From positions 1 to 60,558 of the forward strand of contig NIVC01004106.1 of the NCBI GenBank assembly GCA_002269645.1: a stretch of 60,558 bases of DNA, read 5' to 3'. The notes under the pieces are model-generated. The model worked only from the letters and a program-made list of their open reading frames with translations, was not told the origin of the DNA and made no database searches. The stretch is from Macrostomum lignano. Taxonomy: Eukaryota. Both the position numbers and the translations under genes were made by a program. Positions 1 to 12,938 of the stretch are shown in pieces (position 1 is the first letter of the stretch; each line of letters opens with the position of its first letter).

Positions 1-945
1 GCCAATCCTTTGGTGATTGCCTTCCAGGAGCGTAGCAAATTCCTCGTACAGTTCCAACTGATCCATTCACAAGTCCATTGCGCTACTGACAGATTTCTAG
101 TTAGCATTTACTCGAGCACCAATACACAAATAGAGTCGCTTCTCCAGATTCGTATCCGATTTTTTATGTTCCTTCTTTTTGCCACACAATTTTGCTTCGT
201 CTCCTTTACAAATTGCGTTAATTTGCCGCACAGGATTCAATTCGGAAACCATCTTTCCCAATAGCATGTAGTTGCGATTTCTCACATCCTCGTTAGTGTG
301 ATATAAAAATGTACACCCGCTTTGGAAACCTTCAGGCAAAAGGTCGGGAGCATAGACGCGACAATTGTTCATCAACGAATTCCAGCAGGCTTCGTCGGCC
401 TTGCCTTCGCGAAGTTTATCCAACAACTGGGCGAATTCCGTATCGTTTGCTTGTCGGACTTGTTCTGTCAGATGCACAACCTTTTTGAACTCCATGTACA
501 ATTTATAGCCTTCAGATTTCAATATATCGTGCTTCTTTTGATTTGGATTGTAAACGTACAGTTGCGTGTCCAAAACTGGAGGCAATTGAAACACGTCGCC
601 AATTAGGATTACAGATCGACCACCAAAACTCTGTTTACTGTGTTCTGGAAACAATTCGCGCAAACGAGCATCCACCTTACGGAGTAACCTTTGGCCAAGC
701 ATGCTAAATTCGTCAATAAAAATGTAGCGCACATCTTTCCACTGCTCTTGCATCTCCATTAGGGATTTCTTGCCAACACCAGCACTAAAATTTACATTCA
801 ATTTCAAAGCCGAGTGCAAAGTTTCGCCTGCAATATTGAAAGCGGCTACGCCTGTTGATGCCATAATTCTGCATCTTGATTCTCCAATCAACCGACGCAA
901 TGTAGAAATCAGTAGCTTTTTCCAGTTCCAGCGCTACCATACAAT
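1..945 (-). pseudogene. PIF1-family (SF1B) helicase domain of RepHel, frameshifted in this assembly
   Basis: Walker A YGSAGTGKSY lies in a third frame (~913-942). ORF 97-900 has ASTGVAAFNIAGETLHS, Walker B IFIDEFSM, GDVFQLPPV and LTEQVRQ. GARVMLTRN and GLVNGSVG continue after further shifts near 107 and 78. Confidence 0.9.
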
Positions 946-3900
946 TTGCTTTGAGAGGCTCCGGCTTTTCGCCTTGGTTTTCTTCGGCTAGTCTTGAAAG
1001 CTGCAAATGACTTTCAATTAGGTTGTACATTTCTCGCTGCCGAACATTAAGCGATTCAACACTGTTTATCGGCATGTCAGCGACCTCTCTTGCGCCAAGT
1101 TTTAGGTCGCTACTTAAAAACGCCTTTGCTTCTCCAACCGTTGGAAACTGGCCGCCACTAGCTGCGCTCCAGTCAAAATTTTCTGGCGGCTTTGGCAATT
1201 GATCTTCTGGACAGGCCAATAGATTTCTCTCGCGATGAAGTGCCCCCACTGCAACCATCCAATCTTCTTGCTCTTCGTGCTCATAAGTTGGCTGAGCAGC
1301 AGATTGCGCATTTGCGTTGGTCATTTCGGGTAGCTCCGCAACTGCTTCGACTTCTTCGTCAGCTTCGTCGTTGCGCAAATCGTCCAAATTGGGCAGCTGC
1401 AGCTCGCATCGATTCTCAGCAGGCATGGCTTCGTACGCTTGCTGCCAGCTTGTGTGCAAACCTTTGGCTTCTCGCTCATTTCGCCAACAACTGTACAACA
1501 AAACCTGCTGCCGATAATAGCCTTCGCGTCTTTCGTCTGATTGCTCATTCGGTCGAAAAAATGGACTGATTAGCAAAACTACTTGTTTCGGCCTTTTTGT
1601 GCACCTCCCATTAGGGCTGAGACAGTAGTCGGAAAAGAAACGAAACATTGTTACATTTTCCAAATTCTTTGCACGCTTTGAATACTTGTCGCAACTATTC
1701 CTGCAAACACCCTTTTCCTCCACTGCGCGGGTTTCGCCAGTCTGAACAAAAACAAATTCTCGCGAACCCTTGTACATTGACGTCTGCAATAGCAAATGCA
1801 TTGCCTCTTGCGCCGAATAATCACGCGCTCCAACTTGCGCCATCAAGTGTTGTTGTACAACACGCCTTGCAGTGTTGCTACGCTGAAAATTGTTATCGGC
1901 ATTCTGTTCTGCATTATCTTCCAACTCCTTATGAAGACGCTTTGTCAGCTCCGCCATATAATCCGACTCCTTTTCGCTTTTTGTCGCATACTTGATCAAA
2001 TAGCGAATCAAATTCTTCACGGACGAAATCATTTGAACATCGACATTGGCTCTCCACATGCACAGCAACTGCGGACTGTGAGAAATCATTCGCTCGTCGT
2101 TGCGCTGCGTCTCAACTTGCCAATTTAAACGGGATACTCGCTTTGCAACAGTCTTTTCCTGCGGCTCGCGCGGATACTTGAATCGGCACTCTTGTTTGCC
2201 TTTTACTGTTCGCAAGCACTTTTTACTGCAAATAGTGTGCCTCTCTGTCAAATGCGAAATTAACTGCAAATCTTGCTTGTCATTTTCAATCTCTTCCGGT
2301 TTCAGTTGAGCTGGATGACCTTGACCTGCTAAACTGCCATTCAAAACTTGATTTCCATAATCCGATTCGTCCATGGCCAAATTCCAACTACAGATGTACT
2401 TGTCAACAAAGCTCGTCAATTCTTCTGCATTCAATGTATTCGATGTCACATCAACACCATCTGGCATCCAAATGCAACCGTGAACGTGTGGACTTCCGCG
2501 ACTCTGATATTCTATGCGAAACCAATAATCGTTTACTTTCCAGTGCTCGACCAAAAAACGTTTCAAACATGTTTCAAATCGCAACCAAAACACAGTGTCT
2601 GCCATTCCGGGATCTTTTTGCAACTTTGACAACATTTCTGCTCTTAGTTCTACATTGCTTTCATATTGCTCTGCATCGATTCCCCAGGCATGCTGCAACT
2701 CTGGCCAATGTACATCTGCTGCCGATAGTGTCACGAAAAAATGAGGAACACCAAGCGTTCGAATCATGGCTTCCAATTGCCGTCCTTTACTCTGCCAATA
2801 AGCGCTTGTGCCTCGCAAATCTGATGCTCGAACTGACACGCTAGCCAATACTGCCGGGTCATTTAGTGCTTCAATCATTTCCTTGGCACTTAATCCAGCA
2901 TACTTGTTGTCGTGTACAAACACGCGACCAACTTCCAGCGCCCTCCAACGCATCACCATATTTTCAATGTAAAATTTAAACCGCAAATCGGTACGAAATC
3001 TTGGACACCGGAATTGCATCAAATGCTTTGCATAGTCGCCCAAACTTAGTCCAAAATTACGTGGCGTACTATAATCTCCTGCTCCATCCGGAAAGAGATG
3101 AGGATAAGCCAATGTAAAATATCCTTCATCCTGAAATTCGTTTACCGGCTCGTTGCTTCTTGCTGGCCATTTCAATTTTTCACTCAAAAATTTGTCTCGT
3201 ACTGCCGATTCCAATCGACGCAAAGGAGTCTCCAACAGCGAACTAATTGTTTCCTCGAGCTCGTTCGTCTCGTCCGCATTTTTTTCTACTTGTTGCTGCA
3301 ATCGCTCAGCTCTGGCTGAGCCGCCTTCTTGCTGTGCCGCCTCGAAATTCACTTCATTGTCAGACTGCATTTCGACAATCATACCTTCTACTTGATGAGC
3401 ATAACCATCTTCAGGCAGATGTAGCAACGCATCATTATTCATTGAAACCTGATACTGTCTAAAGTACTTGTTGTTTGCCATTAAATAGCGCATCGCATTA
3501 GTCACTTTGTCGCGTCGAACTCGCAAATTGTTCATTGTGCCGCTTTGCGCTTCTCCAGGCTGAACACGGGCTCTTTCGTCGTACATTAAAACAACTGGCA
3601 GAGATCGTCTTGGCAGCTCTCGCAAAACGTGCGACTGATCTTGAGGCAACATGATTCCGTGTCCTCTCGATTTTGTTTGCTTTTGGGGAAAAATTTGTAC
3701 CACAACAATAACCGACAAAACTGGCGAAATCAACATTTGCTCTGCTACACTCAAATCTTGCAAATCTTCTGGCTGCTCCAACATCGGAATCGCATTGTTT
3801 TCTTGGCTAAACGATTTCGGCTCATTGTCATCTCTGAAACAACGATCGCACATGTCTTCAGAATCGATGCTAAAATATTTTCCAGGAAACTTTTCCCTAC

Positions 3901-5598
3901 ACACGTAGCACTGTTTCAAATGTGATACTTTTGTTATGTTTTCATTGAAAAAGTCTTGCCTCATCTTTTTGAACTGGTCTGTGAACGGATTGCGAAGGCA
4001 CTTTGGCAGATTAGGATCTCCGATTTCATCTTCAACAATTGGAGCATCTTGAGCGCTCTCTTCTGAAGTGCTGCTCTGCGGAACATTTTCTTTAGCTGGC
4101 TGCTGCTCCATTGTAGGCCGCTTTCTGGGTGACGAACGGATCGCTTCATCAGGCTTCTCCTGAGTAGCACGTGTCTTTCGTGGTGATGAATACGTAGAAG
4201 TAGCTGGAATATTATCAGACTGACGTTTATCTTGCTGCTCCTGCTGCAAAGGTGCCGTCTTCCTAGGCGACGATCGAACGGGTTCGCAGATATGATTTTC
4301 TGCGTTTGTCAATCTCTGTTTCCGTGGTAAAGAATTTGCATAGTTGACCACTTGCTGCTGGTTTTTCAAACGCTCGCTGCGACGAGTAGGAGCACTTGGT
4401 ACAACGTCGCTCTTCTTTTCTCGACCTCTTCCTTTTTCCAAATGGCAAGAAACGCTTGAAACCGCCGAAACTGAGTCGCCACAACCGATGCAACTGCAAC
4501 ATGGTGCTCTCCGAGTGCGACTGCTTCTTCTCAATAAGCTCTGACCAGATACACTAGAGGCTGCAACAGACACAGACTCTAATGTGTTTGCTTTAGCGCT
4601 CAGTCGACTACTCCGACGCGTAGCGCAACTTGCCTTCCCAACATCCTTTTTACGCCGACTGCGCCGCGGAACATTTGATGGCACGGACTCTGACACACGA
4701 TCACTTTTAACTGACTCTGACACATGCTCAATTTCAACTGACTCTGCGCTATCCTCCGCGTCAAGATCGACATTCCAATTCCAGACAGAGTTGTTCCGAT
4801 CCCGAAGCACTTCATATGAATTCGGATGCGCAAACAAACTCGTATTATTTTCCAAGGACTTTGCTTGATTTCTACAACGTCCCTTCCAATGCCTACTTTG
4901 AACTCGGGTCCAGTCTGCAACCTTTTCAAAAGGCGTCATTGGTGGAGCTGGAGGTGGCATCATTACAACAGGATCTTCGACAACATGAACATTCTCGTTG
5001 AGAGGGGGCATTTCCACATTCTTGGCGCTCAAATCTCCTTGGCCAGTCGGCCGAACTGAGCTTGCTTCATTAACTTCCAAATCATTGACACGAACGATTT
5101 CGTAGTGTTGACTACCAGGATTAAACAACAATCGAATAGTAGCCAAACGTTCTCCAATATTCGGTCGGGAATAATGGCCAGGCCGCGCTAGATTAAGCAT
5201 GTTTGACTGATAAATAAACACTTCTAGCCGCAACAGTTCACCAATTAGTTCTGGAACTCCGCATGGCACGTACATACGGGGACGCCTTGTATCGTCGCGC
5301 ACTTTTTCCCAATTCAGTCCTGTTTGCATAATTCTTTCCTGATTATTGACATCGCGATGCACCCATTGCTCGAATTCTGCAGCAACCGCATCTCGAAAAT
5401 CTTCTACGCTTAGCGATTGATAGGCGGAAAAACCTGGCAGTTCTTGTAATTGTCTCAATATGGCCGTGAAAAAACAGTTGCCGTCACCTCGTACATTCTC
5501 AACGCGACACGAAGAAAAAGGAACCCATACAGGTTGGACTTGTACAGCAGCAGTTACATGACCTTCGGCAAAATCCATTGCAGTAGCACCTGTTTCAT
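940..5598 (-). CDS. RepHel main exon: OTU-like protease, basic low-complexity linker, CxxC..CxxC plus DUF6570-like region, HUH-Y2 Rep, start of helicase
   Basis: OTU: VRGDGNCFF...QHYEIV. Linker/Zn region: CYVC..CDRC, LQDLSVAEQMLISPV, RVRRDKVTNAMRYL. Helitron N region: AYPHLFPDG. Rep motif 1 FFVTLSAAD, motif 2 EYQSRGSPHVHG, motif 3 YLIKYATK, then DYSAQEA. Confidence 0.92.
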
Positions 5599-5783
5599 CT
5601 GTAAAAGAATACAACTCTTAAACAGTGAGGTATGATAATTTTAAGGAATTGAGCATTAATTGTATTTTGCACAAGTCGTAAACACTAAAATCTAATTTTC
5701 AATATTCGCAAGCAAAGTCAGATGTAAGAAAGAAAATTAACTTGTACTATGCATAGAAATTCAATAAAAAATAAAACTCTCAC

Positions 5784-6155
5784 CAGCACTCAAGTAGCCT
5801 ATAAGTTGCTCATTGTAAGCAGCACCAGAATTGGGCACTTCAGCATCACCTTCGACCACGGGGTATTCCGAAGCAGCCAGAGCGTCGGCCAGAGCAGCAT
5901 CATGTTCAGCTAGCAGGGCAGCCAGACCAGCCTCGTCCAGCTTAATCACAGACTCAGTTTTAGCAGCAGCATCAGCAGAAGCACCAGCTTTAGTCCCAGC
6001 AGCGGCAATAGAAGAGGCAGCAGCAGCTTCCGGTTGTACATCTGGCTCTTGAATCTGTTCTTCGCCAGCAGTTAAATCACCGACAGCAGCAACTTTAATA
6101 TTATTCTTGGAGCGGCTCCAGTTTTTCTTCTTCGGCCGTCCGCACTTTTTCGCAC
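5784..6155 (-). CDS. Predicted internal exon of RepHel (124 codons, Ala-rich, AT-hook-like KKCGRPKKK)
   Basis: Acceptor tttaaacag| and donor |gtgaga; 372 bp, phase 1 to phase 1, no stops; joins in frame to acceptor ttttacag|AT GAA ACA at 5598. Confidence 0.75.
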
Positions 6156-6190
6156 CTGTTTAAAGTCACAGTAAAAAAGAAATTTATAAA

Positions 6191-6824
6191 TCTACCTATA
6201 TATATATATATATATATATATATGTCTGTCCATCTATTTCGCTCTAGAGCGTGCCATTCTTGATCAATTTTGATAGCGTTTTTTCTAAACTATTGCAGAT
6301 TTTGCACTGATTATACAGTGGTCAAAATTTCTTAAATCTGCTCAAATTCTAAGGGTGTTAAACATTCGAAAATAGAGTTTCTATAATTATTTTAATGATC
6401 TGTCAAACAAGGTCAGATTCCAATTGAATTTATTCCCTTTGTCGAAACTATTCAGTCGAAACTACTCAGTCGAAACTATTGAGTTCACACTATTCAGTCA
6501 AAACTACTCAGTCAAGATTATTAAGTCTAAACTATTCAGTTGTAACTATTCAGTTGAAATTATTCTGTCTGTCAAAACTATTCAGGCGAAACTATTCAAT
6601 CTAAACTATTGAGTGTGAACTATTGATTTGAGCTGCGTCAGTTAAGAGTTTGAAAAATTCACATTTTTAGACATCTGAAAAACACTTTTTTACAGAATTA
6701 CCTGTGAACTATTCAGTGTGAGTTATAGTGTGAACAATTGAGATTTATTGTTTGGTAAATAAATTGTGTAGTGCAGGAACTTTTTAGTTTGTCTGTTGCC
6801 CAAATGGGCAGCCAAGAATGCTAG
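6191..6824 (+). mobile_element. Non-autonomous Helitron (family C) inside the RepHel intron, opposite strand
   Basis: A|TCTACC(TA)n start; internal aaactattcagt microrepeats (~6440-6620); 3' hairpin tgccc-aaat-gggca, then CTAG|T; no TSD. Confidence 0.75.
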
Positions 6825-6938
6825 TAAAAGCTGGTTTCCTAAGGTGTGAATATTAATAATAAAGGTAGGATTGCTTTGAAACTATTCCTGAAAGTAGCAC
6901 CTATCACCTGCAAGTTGCAACAAATGTACAAAACTTAC

Positions 6939-7017
6939 TATTGGCAGCAACAGAAGAAGCACTTGTATCCTTGTTAATGCTAGTGTTGTCCTTGATGCTG
7001 TTTTTGTCGTTGCCCAT
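6939..7017 (-). CDS. Predicted first coding exon of RepHel (MGNDKNSIKDNTSINKDTSASSVAAN)
   Basis: ATG at 7017; consensus donor A|GTAAGT at 6938; phase 1 matches the next exon. An acceptor just upstream (cag|G ATG) implies a further non-coding exon. Confidence 0.6.
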
Positions 7018-8510
7018 CCTGTCTAAATAAACATGTTAGTAAATATTTCAGAATGATAAAGAAACTAATTAGCTAAACACAGAAAACATGCTACTCTTTA
7101 CCAAGTTAACTCAACTCTTTTCTGGTGGCAAATTTAGTTAAACTACGAACACTAGCACTGCTACTGGATTGTGGATTAATATGCTGCAGCATAATATACT
7201 GGCATATAGGCGGTGTGTGCCATGTAGTTTTTGTGCTTTCAACATTTTTTCTTGGATTTAGTGCATATTTTCTAGAGTTTTTTCAGGCATATTCCATGTT
7301 TTTGTACATGCTTCTAGGAATTCTATATCAGCAAAAAAACATCCCTTGGTAAAAATTCACCATAAACTAAGTGTCTAGCACTTTCAAGCATTGCTTGATA
7401 TAAGGAGCATTGGCATGTATATATTGTCTAGCAAAAATGCTAAATTTATAATAAATTGAGCAGAATTTATAAAAAGTGTCCACAAACTTCTACCATTAAG
7501 CAGAGTACTACAGATATTTGTACTATGCTAAACATATGAAGAAATAAAAAGAATACTTACTTCAAAACTAAAGTCTTAAGTCAAAATTATGCAAACAAAA
7601 GGAAAATTCAAGTTAAATTTGACTGATAACTACAAAATAAAATGTGAAAGGATGAGTACTTTTAAAAGATATATGTAAATATGACTATAATTTATAAAAA
7701 TATGGAGCAAAAAGCAAAGCAGAGAAAAAAAACGTAAATATTTGGCAGAATACAATTAATTAGCTATAAAATAATATTAAAGTACTATACTTCAGTTATA
7801 TTTCAAATAAAATTTGAAGCTTACACTTACAGTGTAAAACTGATAACAATTGAATATATTACAATTAAAACTTGTACTTGTAGAATATAATATATTGTAC
7901 AATAATTATATATAATGTAGTAGGATACGAATAAATAGCGTAACAAAACCGAATATTATAGCTACAGATTGAAGCTTGAAAATATTTCAGATTTAGATAG
8001 CGTTTGCTTAGATAAGTTGCTTTGAAAATTTGGGGTCAAATTTGTCCTACAGCAATAAACTACTGTTAACATAACTGATTTAAATTTAAATTTTTGTAGA
8101 AATTATAAGGAACAGAACGACTGAAATGTACAGTTTAATTATTTCAAAATTAAATAATTTCGAATTCTATTTTACCTTATTGCTTTCTTCAATTAAATTT
8201 TGTTATACAATTTATAAAATGCCTATTTTCAAAATATACCTCAAAAAGTAAGTTCAACAGCTTTAAAAATGCGCACGTTTTTACACTTCACGGCTCCAAA
8301 AAGTCACCATAGAAGATTTTTGCAGGACGCAAGACTTTTTACGTTACAAAATAGCACTTTTATGTGCATTTTTTATTCAGTTTCAAAAGGCTTTTTAGTT
8401 ACCTATTTGGTATTTTTTGTTTTAAAGATTTTTGCGAAATCAGGTCATTTTAACTTGTTACGAAACTGTGGACCCACACTTTTACGCAACGCAATGCGCA
8501 TGATGTCATC

Positions 8511-9565
8511 TTAAAGCACTTGCTAAATGCTATTTATTGACACTACACTGAAGGCCTGGCGTAGGATAGTTAATAAATGGCAGCGTGAAATATAGCAAAA
8601 AAACGCATAGTACCGGAACCTCGTAATTCGGTAAAATGTTAATAGCGTCAAAATACGAATTTTCGCACACTAACGAAGATGGCAGTCATCTGTACGTGTT
8701 TACTGGGCACAATAGTGCTCTTGGAAGCTAAGAACCTCATAGCGAAAATTAATATATTTTCCGCCCTATGTAGTGCTCAAATGGGTTGTTTTTGCACAAA
8801 ATCACGTTTTTCGATTTTGAGAGTCAATTAAAAATTTTTTTTGCAACTGACAGACGTGAATGTCACTTTTTCTGAGAGTATTCATCTAGATGTTTCTAAT
8901 AAGTACTAATATGGGTCATTCTTATGCTTCACCTATCCTTAGTATAGGTACAAAGTCATTATTTCATTTCCAGCAAGTCACGTGACCTGGCCTGAGGTGT
9001 ACAACGCATCGTGCAATGCCAGCGAACATACACTCAAATTAAAGCACTTTTTAAATGCTAACTATTGACACCACACTGAAGGCCTGGCGTAGCATCGTTA
9101 ATAAATGGCAGCGTGAAATATAGCAAAAAAACGCATAACACCGGAACCTCGTAATTCGGTAAATGTTATTAGCGTAAAAATACGAATTTTCGCACACTAA
9201 CGAAGATAGCAGTCATCTGTACGTGTTTACTGGGCACAATAGTGCTCTTGGAAGCTAAGAACCTCATAGCGAAAATCAATAAATTTTTCACCCTATGTGT
9301 GCTCATATAGGTTGTTTTTGCACAAAATCACGTTTTTCGATTTTAAAAGTCAATTATAACAAAATTTTGCAACTGACAGACGTGAATATCATTTTTTCTG
9401 ACAGTAGTCATCTAGGTGTTTCTAATAAGTACAAATTTTGGTTCATTCTTACGCTTCACCTATCCTTAGTATAGGTACAAAGTCATTATTTCATTTCCAG
9501 CAAGTCACGTGACCTGACCTGAGGTGTACAACGCATCGTGCAATGACAGCGAACATACATTCAAA
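8511..9565. repeat. Tandem duplication of a ~528-bp unit (8511-9038 and 9039-9565)
   Basis: Both units start ttaaagcact and align along their length with scattered substitutions; each contains gtcacgtgac. Confidence 0.85.
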
Positions 9566-10123
9566 TTAAAGTACATCTAAAATGTAGTTCAATGACACCA
9601 AGCGCGTCGCGCTCCGGTAATCCGCTCAAAAGTTACAGGCTAAAAAGTATGTTCGATATGCAAGCCCCCGTACCGTCGTTAAAGTACATTTCTGTACCGG
9701 CAGCGACTTCAATAAACTAAGACGAAATTTCAAAATATACATATTGTGCGCAATTTAGTTGTGCACCTTGCCTAAAAAGTCTGATTTTCCTAGCATGTCG
9801 TCGTTTCTTATTTTTTGTACATTTGTATCATGAAAAATACATAAAAATAGCCTAAATCACGTTTATCGACTTTAGCAGTGTATGGCTCAGAGTCAGTGCA
9901 ACGAAACGGCTCAAAATGTATTATAAACATGTAGATCTTACCTAAATGACCGCATTCATGTACTTTTTAGAGTCTCGCAACAAGGTTGAATTTCCTTTAT
10001 TTCGGTTCGAATACCTACCCGTCGAATATTCGAATGTAATTAACAGGTGCGAATGTACAGTTAAAGTGAGTATCTTGGTTAAAGTCGTGCGTCATGTAAG
10101 AGTCCCAGGTGCCATTGTTAGAA

Positions 10124-10171
10124 TGACGCAGCTCAAAGGTCGCGCTGACGCGCGACCTTTGAGCTGCGTCA
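10124..10171. repeat. Perfect 22-bp stem hairpin with 4-nt loop
   Basis: tgacgcagctcaaaggtcgcgc-tgac-gcgcgacctttgagctgcgtca. Confidence 0.9.
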
Positions 10172-10590
10172 GTTGAAAGTTGATAAAAATGCGCATTTTT
10201 TGACACTTAAAAAACACACTTTTACAGAATTACCTATCAAGGTAAGCATTTAGCGGAAAATAACCAATCAGTGTCTTGAAGGTCTGAAAATTCGCCAAAA
10301 GTTGGGTTCAATCAATTTTTGACTCCATATTGTGAATCCTTATTTTTTGAGATTCAAGATTTGGACGGGTCTAAAAAAAGTCACTTTTTTGTTGCCATGG
10401 CAACCAAGACGCGTTGCTATGGAACTTTCACGTCACACATCTTGTAGCCCTAAATGTTTTACGTCCATAGAGGGGTCACACATGGTTTCATCTCAAGTGG
10501 TTTTAACTCTGCATCAATTTTATTTTCTAAAACGTTGATTTTACGTTGGGGGAGTCTCCGGGACATCTTATCTCGGTCTCGTTTGTCCGA

Positions 10591-10651
10591 AAAAATTGCC
10601 AACGAGGAGCTACGCTCGCTTCGCTCGCTTCGCTCCTCGTTGGCAATTTTT
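10591..10651. repeat. Perfect 20-bp stem hairpin with gctcgcttc-repeat loop (possible Helitron2/Helentron-type end)
   Basis: aaaaattgccaacgaggagc ... gctcctcgttggcaattttt; loop tacgctcgcttcgctcgcttc. Confidence 0.75.
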
Positions 10652-10861
10652 CCGGACTGCACTTCGACCTAACTAGGTTTAGGCTAGGCGTAAGGTCCCA
10701 GGTTCGAGTCCACCTACTCGGTGGATAATTAAAACAAATTAATTCATTCATTTGTAGCTTGTGACTCGACTGAATATAACATATTTTTATTAATTTTAAT
10801 TCCAACATTTTTTTATTAATGCAAATTAATTTTTGCTACTTGGCACAAGCCACTTACCAAA

Positions 10862-12938
10862 TCCAATATACTAAAAATGAAAATCTTGCTTGCTTGTAAT
10901 CGATTAGAGAAAAAATGGCTTAACCGATTTTCATGAGACTTGCACTGTTCGATCAGAAATTTTCCCGTGACGGTACATGCATCGTGGCTAAGAAATTGCT
11001 CGATGCTAAAGGCATTAAATATTCGAAAAACATGCTTTTTTGCAAAGGTGAAGCAAACTTTTCGACTTGAAATGCATTGTAAGAATGCTAGAGAAAAATC
11101 TGACTGGTTGAATTCTGATTCTGAAATAGATTGCATCATAACTGAATTGTAACTCCGACTTGAATTGAAAATGCAGTGTGGAAGCGTAGCACCAGACTTG
11201 ATTTAAATTGCGTAACCATATTGTTAACTGATACTGACTGACTGAGAAACTGATTATGTCATAACTGCTTCGTGTGATTTACTCTATGCTTGGATTTTAA
11301 AGTGTTGAATTATATAAGTGAAAAATTTCATGTTATCAAAACGATGAGAGCTAGCCTAGAGGTGAACAAACTGAAATGCTAAATGCAGTTTGGTTCGAAT
11401 TGGTTCGAATTTTCATAGAGTATAATTTTTTTAATTAAAGCTTTTCAACGTCAGGAAAACTAAAAGACTTTTTAAAAAGAAGCGTCATGTAAAAATCATA
11501 GAAGTGTCATATAAAAATGATAGATGCGTCATTTACAAAATCATAGAAGCGTCATATAAAAATCATAGATGCGTCATTTAAAAAATCATAGAAGCGTCAT
11601 GTAAACAATCATAGAAGCGTCATGTAAACACTCGTAGAAGCGTCATGTAAACAATCATAGAAGCGTCATGTAAACAATCATAGAAGCGTCATGTAAAAAA
11701 TCGTAGAAGCGTCATGTAAAAAATCGTAGAAGCGTCATGTAAAAAATCATAGAAGCGTCATGTAAACAATCATAGAAGCGTCATGTAAACAATCATAGAA
11801 GCGTCATGAAAAAATCATAGAAGCGTCATGTAAACAATCATAGAAGCGTCATGTAAACAATCATAGAAGCCTCATTTAAAAACTAATGAAAGTGTCATTT
11901 AAAAAATTAAGAAGCGTCACGGTAGAATAAAAGAAACGTCATGTCAGACATGAAGGGTTCATGTAAAAATTAAGTGCAACTATAATGCTGTGCTGGGGAG
12001 AAAAACTGAGACGTCAAGGCTCTCAGAGAATAACTGAGATTACGGGGGGGGTTCTGAGATGTCAAAGCAAAAGTCAGAAGCTACTTCAAAGTTCATGTAC
12101 TTTACTCAATTTTTTTATTGCATTCTTTGTTGGCTCGTGACGGGGGGGGGGCGCCGATAGAAGAAAAGTCATGTAAAAAATAAAAGTACCACTATGTATA
12201 CATAAAAGAAAAGTCATGTCGAAGTTAAAAGATTCATTTGGGAATTGCTACGATGTCAAAGCTTGGTGGAAATCGTTATAGTGCTGTGATTCTTAAAGAA
12301 AGAATCACTAAAATGTCAAGGCTTAGGGGAGAAGAATTGCTGAGATTTCAATGCTTTAGGTTGGGTTAAAGTTAGGTTTACGTCAGGTTTGGGTTGAGGG
12401 TTAGATTTTATCGGGTTTCAAGGTTAACAGGGGATTTTTTAGATTTCTAGGTTTATGGGGGCTATCGCTGACATGTTAAGGCTTACGGGGGGAATAGCTG
12501 AGATGTCAAGGCTCACGGGGGTATAAATGAGATTTCAAGGCTAAAGTCAGAAGCTACATGTAGTTTATTGAAAACTTTTTATTACATTATTTGATGCCTC
12601 CTCAGGGGAGGGATCGCTGATAGAAAAAGCGTAATGTAAAAAATAAAAGAAGCTTCATGTCGAAGTTAAGAGATTCATTTGGGAAGGTTAGGCTAGGGTT
12701 AGGGTTAGGGTTAGAAGGTTGACAGATATTTTTAGATTTCCAAGGCTTATTGGGCATTGCTGAGATGTCAAGGGGGGAAGTTGATAATATGTTAAAGCTT
12801 GTGGGGGGGGGTAACTGACATGTCAAGGCTTACAAGGTTTGACAGGAGATTTTTTAAGATTTCAAGGATACATGTAGCTTATTAAAAAAACGTGTATTGC
12901 ATTTCTTTGGCTCCCCAACGGGGGGCGTAGATTGCTAG
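10862..12938 (+). mobile_element. Non-autonomous Helitron family A, copy 1
   Basis: A|TCCAATATACTAAAAATG start; ~600-bp core shared with four other copies; 23-bp minisatellite; ends cccc-aac-gggggg...CTAG. Confidence 0.82.
11478..11885 (+). repeat. 23-bp minisatellite (aatcatagaagcgtcatgtaaa[c/a])
   Basis: Direct tandem copies visible. Confidence 0.9.

Larger units (their letters stand above)
1..7017 (-). mobile_element. Autonomous Helitron, RepHel gene region (3' part runs off the window start; element ends not located)
   Basis: 1609-aa ORF with Rep motifs followed by PIF1 helicase motifs, plus two upstream exons that splice in frame. Confidence 0.93.

Noticed and set aside
785-935. C-terminal 50 aa of the 1609-aa ORF
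   Set aside because: Out-of-frame translation after the shift; the helicase motifs lie in the other frames.
8511-9565. Kolobok or piggyBac element suggested by TTAA junctions (also ~18096-18548)
   Set aside because: No terminal inverted repeat beyond a few bases.
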